From: Pocillopora damicornis
Taxonomy: Eukaryota
Reading direction: 5' to 3'
NCBI RefSeq assembly: GCF_003704095.1
Contig: NW_020844494.1
Location: 620,001-684,000 of the forward strand
DNA length: 64,000 nt
Part shown: one piece after another, positions 1 to 10,460 of the stretch
Layout of the letters: each line of letters starts with the position of its first letter
How positions within the stretch are numbered: position 1 is the first letter of the stretch
Translations under genes and position numbers: made by a program
Notes under the pieces: generated by a model
The model's database searches: none
What the model was told of the DNA's origin: nothing
The model's input: the letters and a program-made list of their open reading frames with translations, nothing else

Positions 1-356
1 GTCTGGGAAGTCATGGAATTAAATGTGAGGCAAGGGAAGTGATGATAAAAATTGACAATAATAGCAGAGCTCGCATAGCATAGCCCCATAATTATACAAA
101 ATAGTAGTAACCCATCAAGCTGAAAAAAGTTGGATGTACAACCGTCCAACTGTACGACTGACCGTACAAGGTGCTACTTTTAGCATGCAAGGCCAACTGT
201 ACCATGGGCACTATCTTATAATCAGTCCTCTACATGGACACACGGAGAAGTTGTGAATGAAACTCCATTATTATTACCATGCACTTTATCCATAGGAGGG
301 GCTTTAGTTTTGTTGAAGAGACATGTGGGGAAAAAAAAATGCAAGCTCGGCTTTTA

Positions 357-416
357 CTTACTTACTTACTACCCATCATGTCTGTGTGGCACATAGGGCA
401 GCAACGAAATCCTTTC
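357..416 (-). mobile_element. 60-bp 3' end of an RTE-type LINE/SINE with (TAAG)n tail
   Basis: Minus strand reads ...TTCGTTGCTGCCCTATGTGCCACAC...GTAGTAAGTAAGTAAG. Flanked by a 13-bp direct repeat AGCTCGGCTTTTA at 344-356 and 417-429 (TSD). Confidence 0.7.
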
Positions 417-663
417 AGCTCGGCTTTTAGGCTTGCCTAAATCTATATAAACTTAAAAACTTAAGATAACAACAAAGAAAAAATACCTTCATTAAATGAT
501 CATTGTCACATAATTTTGGAACCAACTTTTAAAAGATTAAGGAGAACACTGAAAGGGGTGGAAACTAACATGGAAAGACATGGAGTTAAATGATGTGGTA
601 AGAGTTTGTGCCATGTGCACAATATCAAATTGATTAAGTGAGATAAATGATTTGATTATACAG

Positions 664-3600
664 ACAGAGAAAGCAGTGAAGGAGAAAGAGAGACTGGCTT
701 ACATTGATCCACAGAAAGCAGAGGAAGAGAAAGAGAAAGGAAATGTGTTATTTAAAAAAGGTAGGGTTATGGGACTTTTTTTTGAAAATCAGTTGTATGT
801 AAGAGAATATCTTTGTCCACAAATGATATCTATTATTTCAAACAAAAGGAACTATATGTTGATCTGATGTCAAGGTATTATGTAACAATAAAATGGTACA
901 ACTCTCTTGAGAGCTTGTTGTTTCTAGAGTTTTACTTGGTGATTTTAACATGATTGTGGGGTATGCAATGTGCTAATACACTGTAGCTAACTCCTCTTCC
1001 AAAAACTAGTTTAAAGTCCATAGCTCCTTTTTGCCTTCATAGCAAGGCCAGAGTGAGTACAAATTGTACCTCACACAGTTCATCTCAGGCTTAAGTTCTG
1101 ATGCAGTCATTGATGGATGCTCTAGGGTGAGATGTTTTCCTCACACAGTGCCTCCCTTTGCACAGGATGTATAATAAATTCTGACAGACTGTTAAGGAAT
1201 ATGGATAATTGCCTGAGGGTTGTGTAAAAACAGAAAATGGGCTAAGGTCTCGTAATTTGCTAATCACCTGGAAGGAAAAGGAAGAAGCTTTGGCTGATCA
1301 AGTCATCTAGATTGTTGACAAACTAAAGCATTTTATTTCTCCTGAAATGAACATACTATTGCTGTTTGCTTTTTTCTTGAAGGGGATTTCCCAGAGGCAC
1401 TGAAGAATTATAAAGAGGCCATCAAAAGAGACCCAAACAATCCAAAACTTTACAGTAACAGAGCAGCTTGTTATCAAAAATTGGCTGCATTTAACTTAGC
1501 TTTGGAGGTATGTTATATGTAGATTCTGTTTAAGTTTGAATGCATGAATTGATATGCAATAGGCAAGATGGACAAGAATAAAGATCATGAGAAAAAAAGA
1601 AATGATCACCAGCCTAAGAAGCTTTGATTGTTAAAGAAATTCTCCTTGTCAGTACCAAAGGACCTGTTCAGAGAAGAATTTGAAGAATAGGGATACTGGT
1701 GTTAGGGTTAATAAATGTTTGCAAGGTGTTAACTCTAAGTAGCTCTCCCTGCTAAAATTTGCAAGCAAATCTAATTTTTTTTATTTGTTTACCTCATTAT
1801 TGTTATGTGCAATATCCTCATTTTTGTACTTTCTCTTTAGGATTGTGATATGTGTATCAAGTTGGATCCTTCATTTGGTAAGTGGTACAAACTTGAGGCT
1901 CCTTCACACCTGTTGTTTGGTTTTGTTGTTTTTGTTGTACAATGATATAATTTTTCCACACCTTATTTTCATGAGACTGAACAACAAAGGGGACTTAAAT
2001 AAATTTCATAATGGTACTTTTTATGATGGTTACTTCTAGAATAAATCAAAAGTTATCTCATTCTCTCTGTTGTGTTCGTCTTTCCACAGTTAAAGGATAC
2101 ACAAGAAAAGGAGGTGTCCTGTTTGCACTGAAGAGATTCAGAGATGCTCAGAAAACCTATGAGAAAGCTTTGGAACTGGATCCTGAAAATAAGGTTGCAT
2201 TCCAATAATTAGTAGATATCAAGATCTACTCCTACCTGTCAGTAGTGTGGGAAAATAAACCTTGGAACAAAAATAATGGTGTCATACTTTCTAGCTTTTT
2301 TCTGTTGCAGCTGATAGTTTGATTGTTGTTTTCTTTCCCACAGTATGGTGTACTACAAATATTCTTCTTGTTGTAGGTTTTTTTTAAGGTAGTAGGATTG
2401 TGTTTGCTTACATCCTTATGGTACAATACTTGTTGTTTGGGTTTCCAGGAAGCACATGAAGGCATAAGAGCATGTAATTTAGCAGTGATGCAACAGCCCA
2501 CAGACCCAGAGGAAATAAGACAGCGAGCTAATAATGATCCTGAAATACAGGTACAGTGATGCTAGAACATGAATTATTCTGAATTGTCCTGGACAATTAG
2601 TTGTGCACTGTTCTTAACATTTCTTCCTTCACAGAATTTGCTATATGAAAATAACTGCTGAGGAGTTGAATTTAATGAGAGGGATTTCAATACAAATGAA
2701 GGATGGTCTTTTCCTTTAAGGGGTTACTTTTCACAGTTGTCTTTTAGCAAGTAAGATCTATGAGGATGCTGATTGAATTTGGCATGTCAGTAGCTTGCAA
2801 GAAGGCCCTTTACATTAGGGCTGTAGGAAACGCTATTTTTTGCCTGTAGGAAGATTTGAATAAGGGAGAGCTTTGTTAGCAGCCAGACCTCTTGCAGACC
2901 TCTCACTTGCCAGCATTGCTCAAAACTTTATGATTTCCCATGGGTGAAGAAACTCCTGTGCCAATGCTTATATTGACAGCCCGCTCACAGGTTACCAGAC
3001 ATGACCTGACCTTTTTTTGTGGAATAAGAGATTTAATATACTCTTGAAGTACTTCTGTGCCTGTTTTGACTTGGTATTCAGTGTGAGGAGTTGCTCTAAT
3101 GAATGTTCCTCACAACAAAACTCAGGCCAAGGTAACAAGCTTTATAGTTTATTTCTCATAGTTGCCATTTGATGTTCTTTGTGTAGGAAATTCTCACCGA
3201 TCCGGCTATGAAAATTATACTTGATCAAATGCAGGAGGATCCTAAAGCTGCCCAAGAGTATGTATTTGATTTTTAATACTCCCTGCCATACTGTCACCCA
3301 TAATCCTTTAACTCCCAAAAGTGATGAACATGTAACTTCTCCCTATAATATACATACATTATCCCGCAAATGGGTAATGAGAATATTCAAACTTATCGTG
3401 TAGAAGTTATCTTGATCCAATACCAAATTCTCTGTAGCAGCTAGAGGGGAGAATTAACAATCAATTTGTGGAGGTAAGAGGTTTGAAGTTACACATAAGG
3501 ATTCATCCATCCATTCTAAGATACATTCCAAAATCACCAACTGTGCCGCTCATTTTTGACCATGTCAAAGAAGAGTGCTAAACTAGCTAGAAAAATTTCC

Positions 3601-3853
3601 TTAATTGATTTGGATCTGGCTTTTTTTTCCTTTTTACATTTAGCTCATTTATTTTCAACCTTATTTCAGTGAGGTGTAGTTTGATTTTCTTGACTAAAAA
3701 TATACCTCAAGTGAGATTTTATTTCGCATGTCTTATGGCAGCAAAGCGAACTGAAGGGCTTGTATTTGTTTTCTTGTAAGGCATCTCAAGAATCCAGAGA
3801 TCCGTAGCCGAATACAGAGGCTGTATGAAGCAGGAATCCTGAAGATTCGCTAA
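664..3853 (+). CDS. STIP1: Stress-induced phosphoprotein 1 (Hop/Sti1), 3' exons only (TPR2B + DP2); gene begins upstream of the window
   Basis: Exons 664-760, 1383-1507, 1841-1877, 2090-2193, 2449-2550, 3187-3257, 3781-3853 join in frame with GT-AG. They read [84 protein letters not shown], the characteristic Hop C-terminus. Confidence 0.95.
3301..3487. repeat. ~190-210 bp TTAA/CCCTT...AAGGG-ended MITE family (piggyBac-like ends); other copies at ~15724-15900, ~24276-24487, ~29450-29665, partial ~1590-1710
   Basis: Shared ends (T)TAACCCTT..AAGGGTTA(A) and a shared internal ..TTTCTCC(T/C)TA(C/T)AATA.. motif among the copies. Confidence 0.6.
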
Positions 3854-4887
3854 TTAATGTTCCTTGTTGTTCAAGTGAAATTGTGAATAAAGAGGGAAGA
3901 TATGGCAAGGATTGTTCCAGGACAAAGATAGCATCTCTAACCCATGTCTGCTACATTCTGAATCAAAAGATTGTCCCAAAAGGAGGCTGCTATAAAACTA
4001 CAATAGCTCAACCTTGGCTAACAACGTTTGTCTGTTAGTGGTCTTTAATAATGTATATCTCTGACCTATTCTTTTCTTTTTTTCCTTGCTAGTTAATGTT
4101 TGAAGCTCTGTTTGAACAAGGCATGGAAATTTTATTAGTTATTTTTTTGGAGAAATAGGAAAAGGAAAATGGAAAAGAGGAACCAACACTCCAAAAGTCA
4201 TAACTGATATAAACCACATAGTGAGTAAGCTAAACCACAGCTGCACGTTTTGAAAAGAAAAACAAACAAACAAACAAAAGAGAACAAAAAAACTTACATT
4301 TTCTTTGTGATGTAGCCACAGTTGCAAAAGTTGTTAATCATTGATTACTTGTTGAGGAAAAAAAGCTTTGTTTGCAGGGTTTTCACATGTATTAGTGGTA
4401 GAGTGGTGCTCATTAAAGGTTTCCTACAGGGAACGTTATGATACTTTGAAAAAATTACCTTGAAGTAGAGCTTGTGCGACAAGTTGCTTTTTCATTATCT
4501 ACAACACCCTTTCCTCTCCAGACAGCATGCAACATTGTGCGCTAGAGAGCCTATTTCTTTTCACTTTGTTTTCTAATTCGGGCAAGGAGGTCGCCAGCCA
4601 CATCTTCAATCCACCCTCGAATCCAGACTTATCCAGGGGTAGCAAAGGGGGTACTTTCTCGAGAGGACTGGAGTAAGAGGAAAATCTGGGAATAATACCT
4701 TCTGTCACGCAACGCTAGGCCAAGTATTGCGTCTCCCTCAAAGCACGACGGGAAAGTAAAAATATATCGCAAGTTCTTCGGTCTGCTTATATTTGCAAAG
4801 TCATCGGGCAGAGCTCCCTAAGACAATTAAGTTATTCTTTTAGTCAGGGTGTTCCGAAAAATTACTCTCCTCCTTCCATGAAACACA

Positions 4888-7800
4888 ATGGAGTTGTTCG
4901 TGGATTATCGCTGTGAATATCAAGGAGAAACAGGCAAAATCAAACTTTCGCTCCCTCACTTCGAGGGCATTAGCATTAGAGATGTAAAGTTTGCTATTCA
5001 AGATGCGATTCGTGCTCCGGTGTGTGATCAACGACTGTTTTACCAAGATCGATTATTGACAGACGATAGCATGCTTCTCAGCAGATTGTATTTCCGCGAA
5101 GGTGACTGTTTTAAGTTAAATTTTCTCTCCCCTGTGGATATCAGCGGCATGAAAAGCGAATTAAATGTCTTAAAAGGTGCTGCCAAAGAAATTGTGGATG
5201 TCCTAGAGAGACAGCTCCCCGATAACAGCCGCATAGAAAACGACTATATTGGCCTGTTGAGATTTTTCTATCGTGTGCAGGTTGCTTTGGAGAAACTTGC
5301 AGCTGAATTTTTCCATCCCTGGAAATGTATTAGGACTGATGCCCACAGGCACTTCTTTGTACAAGAAGGAGGGTTTGACGCATTTCTTGAAGTGTTTAAA
5401 TTTTCGCGAGAACTGTTCATGAATGAGTAAGTTTTCAAAAACTTAGTTATTTTTCCGTCCCTATATGTTGGCTGCTACAATATCTGACTTCTACTCAAAC
5501 TTTCAGCTTCCTGTTGGGGGTGGGGGTGGGGGTGGGGGTGGAGTGGGGAGGATAGGACAGTCGTCGGAAGGGGCCATAGCGCTGTTACGACCCTCTAAAT
5601 TTCTGAACTCAGGATACCAATAGTATGACCTTGTGTGAAAAGGAATATTGTTTTGTACATTTATCACATTAAGATGACTTTTATGGGAGTTATCTCACTA
5701 AAAAAATCATATATATCATTCTGTAACTTTTAGGCAAAGGAACTCTTAGCTGTCTCGAATGTTACTGATACCATTCTTGATAAGGGGGGCGTGGGTAAGA
5801 GGGGTAGGGGAGATTTGAGGAAAAGGGGAGGGAAGTAGGAACTTGATGAGGCCTAAAGAGAGAGAAAAAGAAACAATAAATCATTTATTAAGATGTTATC
5901 CTTTGCAATAAGAGGAGGAGAAGGGATTGTATGTTCAGAGGAGTTAGGGGAGCAAGGTCTTGGAATCTGTGTATTCCCACACCGTCCCTTTCATCCTCCA
6001 GTTTATTCCTGCTGGTAATGGTTGATAATGGATCCAGGCCATTTTGGAGTTGAAATTATGACTTAAACACCCACCAAAATTTATATTTTTTCAAGTGACA
6101 GATTATTAATGTATTCATTGTTTAGGGACAATATTTCTTTTGTAGGGTCTCACCAATCCACTGGATGGAAAGTATACCCTTTTAATGTAAATTTGTTCAA
6201 TGGACATCCTGTGGATTTGATTATTATTTTTCATATTTTCTTACTAGATTCACTTGGCAGTCAAACATTCAATTTTCACCAGGCAGTGTATAATACCATT
6301 ACATTACCCACTGTAATTGCCTTAATTTTGATCATCAAAAATATCTGTTACTCTTCCCATGAAATTATGAATTGCTTTCCATATTGTGGTGGTAAATCTT
6401 TCTTTTATCTAAAACTGTGGCCATCATTTGGCAAATATTACAGAATGATATAATCATCTCTGGCCTGATTTGGGTTTGAGTTTTCCCTTTGTTTTTAAAT
6501 CTTAACCAGTTTTGCTTTTACCTCCTGACTTTATACTAGGGACGAGATTGAAGAGGAAGATATTCTGGAGCAACGCAAGTACAACTTAAATCGAGTTCAA
6601 CTTGTTCTTCAACAATGTTGCCTAGATCTTTTGTGGGTTTTCTCAGAGAGAGCACAAGACCGAGAGTTTGTTTTATCAAAAAGCATTCTTCCCATGCTAT
6701 TCAATGCACTACTTCTTCCACATCCTTATCCAGTGGAAAGTTTCCCAACGTTGCATGATGGACGCCTTGCCACCTTGGTACTTCAAGTGAATGAGGCGGC
6801 CATTGGATGTGTTGGAGGGTGAGTACAGGCTGGGCTCTCATTTCTGTTGTAGGTAACAAAGTGTTACTGAAAGAAACTTTGATTTCAGAAGAGTATGTGA
6901 ATTTTATTAGACCCTAGTAGGTGAGCCTGACTTTATATCAAGCATTGTAACATGTTATGGTGATTCTGATAATTGAAGTACACATGGCATAAACTTGCCT
7001 TCAACTATTCAGTTCATCACTATGAAGCAAACTGATATTGCTGCAGATTTAATAAAAATCAAACATCCCTGTTACAATTTTGATGACCAATCTGTTTATT
7101 TTATTCAAAGCTAAAAAAATTAATTTCGTCTTCTGTTATTTCTTCAGATTAGTGGAACTAGATCCCAATGCTCAAGAGGTAGTTTCCAAAATGTCCCAAC
7201 TGATTGACAAGCTTGTATTTATGATAGACAGGCATCAATCAATGCGAGCAGGATACTCACTTTTTTCCAGCCAAGTTGCAGCAAACACTTTGTTTTATTG
7301 CACTTTTAATGTTAAATCTGCTACAACATTAGTGGATTGTGGAGCACTGGATAAAATTATTGACATCACAACAAACCTACTAGATGAAATGCATGGAGAT
7401 ACACCTCTCAGGTAAGAATTATTCAATTAAATCATTACCCCTGATGTTGCCCAAGTAACTAGGAGAAATTTTTTATTTGGCTTTTAAAACAAGAGGCCTA
7501 TAATTTTGACTCTTAATTAAGTTAACCAGGAAGAATGTTGTCAAATTACAGTCTCCAGTGAATCAGGACAAAGGCATCATTATAATTGCCAATCCTCTCA
7601 CTGTAAGGAGACATTTTGTAAAATACTAAAATCAAGAGCACATTCAGATTCAGTGAAATTGTCTGTAAATTATTATCAATGGTTTACAGACTTTTTGTAA
7701 TGGTGCTCTTGAATCTCTCTTTTTTTTTTATTTGCTCTATAGGTACTACTGTTGTTTGTTCCTTGCAAGAATACTCTCAGCTCCATTGGCTAGGGTGGAG

Positions 7801-8409
7801 AAAGACACTAAAAGTACTGTTGATGTACTTATCAACAAGTTTCTGGAAAGGCATATTCCCAGTGAAATATCAGAATGGGAGGAATCATTGAGTTTTGAGT
7901 GGGTCACAATTGTGCCTTTAGTTCATCTTGCTTTTGCAGCAGGAAAGGAATGGAAAAAAACAATCAATCCAACAATTCCAGAAAAGAATAATGTTGAAAG
8001 TCATATTGCTTCCCACAGTACAAACATGGCTAATTTAGACTCACGCAAAATGGTCAGTGATTCTGATACCAATCTGGATATGAACACTTCACCTCTGTCT
8101 GGAATTAGAGGTCATGAAATGGTTTGTTTAAGTAACCAGTTCACTTGGCCAGGCTCTTCTGCAATTCAGAGGCTTGGAATCTTTTCTCTTGTCCACATGC
8201 TCTCCATTAAAGACAACCAAAAGCTAGCACTGTCTCAAAACCTTGTCCCATACCTGGTTTGTCTGTCATGGCAGCTGGATCCTGAAAATAGAGGCAAGCT
8301 CATTGCAAGCCTGGCTAATTTCCAAAACATTTCACCCCCTTCTTTAAAAATTACTGTTAAATCTGTGCTCTCTTTTGTTAATGGATTTGATATGGTTTTT
8401 AACTTGTAA
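4888..8409 (+). CDS. Uncharacterised 582-aa protein: N-terminal ubiquitin-like domain, helical (ARM-like) body, possible C-terminal BC/SOCS-box-like motif
   Basis: Exons 4888-5426, 6540-6818, 7148-7411, 7743-8409 sum to 1749 nt in frame. The N-terminus SIRDVKFAIQDAIRAPVCDQRLFYQDRLLTDD..L..REGD is a Ubl signature. FVQEGGFDAFLEVF and LVDCGALDKII resemble ARM repeats. Confidence 0.8.
5515..5550 (+). repeat. (GGGGT)n tract, potential G-quadruplex, in intron 1
   Basis: GGGGGTGGGGGTGGGGGTGGGGGTGGAGTGGGGAG. Confidence 0.7.
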
Positions 8410-9390
8410 GCTATCCAAAATTCACCTGACAAGACTTAATTAAATTGAGGGGTAAATTTTGGGTATTAAGTTAAACAAATAACACAGAAATCTCAATTAA
8501 ATCCCAAATTCACGTTTCTTTCAACTAGAGAAATGATTAACTTAACTTATGTGTAAGCATTAGCCAGATCAAATTCACAAATTGCAAACTAGTACACGGA
8601 ATCAAGCTAAAATTATTTAGCTGTAAAAAATACTTATTACACTCATGACAGATATGTTTTAAATGATGGAATGGGATAAAAATAAGAAAATATTTTTAGA
8701 AATTATTTGTATTGTATTTTATTTCAGTTTTGCAATTGGTATGTCATGATTTGCTTTTTGCCATGCACTTCAAGGAAATAAAACGTGCATTCTTATGGAA
8801 ATGGTCCTAACTACTTTAAAATAGGTCGTCTTTATGTTCTTATTCAGTTGTGTACTAAATTCTTAACTCAATCAAAGAATATTTCGTAACCCACACCACT
8901 TAAGTGAAGAAATGGAACTTATACAGTCAGAGATTATCATTATATTTTTTACCTTGATATTAAAATTTGCATTCATAACTCAGTTTTACTAATGATTTAT
9001 AAATAGTTTCCAATGATGACAGAGACATTTCTTTCTTGAAATTTCTTTCTTGAAAAGTTATATTTGATTATGATCAACTGGGCTCAAAATTAAGCAAAAA
9101 ATAAAAATTGAAGGAACGGCAATGCCCATTAATTTGTTATAAATTAAAAAAAAACAAAATTAACTATCCTTATCGGCACTTTACCACATCAATGACCCTT
9201 TTCTCCTTTTATTTGACACAAGGGATATCTAAAAAAGAAACTAGTAGAGCCTTCCCCCTCTTTTTGAAAGCAAAAGCTGAATCATTTTGTAAAGTCATCA
9301 CAAAGTTTCTAAAAATTGCTATGATTAGAAGTTTTTAGAACGTTGCTGAAACGTTTCTTCCCATATGTTCCCAGAAACCTTAGAGAGCGT

Positions 9391-9403
9391 GATTGGCGCG
9401 AAA
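9391..9403 (+). promoter_or_regulatory. Overlapping inverted CCAAT and E2F-like site upstream of HEXIM
   Basis: GATTGGCGCGAAA (reverse complement TTTCGCGCCAATC), about 30 bp before ATG 9435. Confidence 0.45.
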
Positions 9404-9683
9404 CATCAAACGCGCCCACACAAAATCACCAAATATGGAGCAAATTCAGCAAAATAATTGTGATGTCATAGCAGTTGTCATGGGAACTGATGGATAATTA
9501 AAGGATCGTCGTCTTTACGTTTCTCAAACGCAACTCGAGGTACATGAGGAATCAGGACGCACGGCTACAGCAGAGAAAATTATTAACTACGAAAGACGGA
9601 TTAGAAACAGTTTAGTTTCTCTTGACTCTGTGTTTCGAAAGAATTCTAACTGTGTTTTAAGCTTTTATCCAGACTTTATTTCC

Positions 9684-10460
9684 ATGTGTTTGAAACCGAC
9701 CATCGAAACCTTCACTTGTGAGATGTCTGTCGGAGAAGCAAATATGGATCCTGAAAACGTCGTTTTAAAGCCGCAGAAACGAAAGAAATTACGAAGACTT
9801 AAGAAAAGGAAGTATTTTACTCCTCTGGGTTTCGACTTAATGCAGGAGAACGGGAGACCGATGAAGCAAAGGAGAACAAAAACCGCCGCGCCTCAGAATA
9901 CCACGCAATTCATCATGGAGGATAAGGAGGTGACCGAACCGTTTTATGTAATTTCTTCTCCTTCCACTTCACCAGTTAGTCACTGTACAAGTTCTCCAGG
10001 GTCAGTACGAGGTTCACCTTTATCGGACAGAGACTTAGCTTTCGATTCTACTGAAGAAGATCTCGTTCGCGATTTCGAGGACCTTGATTTCGATTTGGAT
10101 TTTTTCCAAAAAGATTTCGAAGCCACATACAATCGTATTCAGGAGGAAAGCTTATTGGAGCTCTCTAAAATCGAACTTGTTAATAAGTTTAGAGAGCTTG
10201 AAGGAAAAGGAGAGATTCTTCAAAAACGTTGTGAGGAAATTGGAAGAGTCGGCACTCATGGACAGCAAAAGTCATCTACGGCAAAAAATTCGTATGTTGT
10301 ATCACCAAACGCTTTTCCCGCTCCTGCCGAAAAATCACAGGACGAAAGTACTTTGCTTTGTTATCTGGAAGAGTTACGGCGTGAAAATAAATCATTGGTG
10401 GAAGAAAATTTGAGGTTAAAGTCTGCAAAATGTTCATTAGGACTTTCTCGGCTTTCATAG
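9684..10460 (+). CDS. HEXIM: HEXIM (P-TEFb inhibitor, 7SK snRNP subunit), intronless CDS; start codon uncertain (see findings)
   Basis: Basic ARM KRKKLRRLKKRK; APQNTTQFIM (cf. APYNTTQFLM); acidic region; FFQKDFEATYNRIQEESLLELSKIELVNKFRELE (cf. cyclin-T-binding FLQRDFSETYERYHTESLQNMSKQELIKEYLELE); C-terminal coiled coil LEELRRENKSLVEENLRLK. Confidence 0.9.
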   Translation: MCLKPTIETFTCEMSVGEANMDPENVVLKPQKRKKLRRLKKRKYFTPLGFDLMQENGRPMKQRRTKTAAPQNTTQFIMEDKEVTEPFYVISSPSTSPVSHCTSSPGSVRGSPLSDRDLAFDSTEEDLVRDFEDLDFDLDFFQKDFEATYNRIQEESLLELSKIELVNKFRELEGKGEILQKRCEEIGRVGTHGQQKSSTAKNSYVVSPNAFPAPAEKSQDESTLLCYLEELRRENKSLVEENLRLKSAKCSLGLSRLS

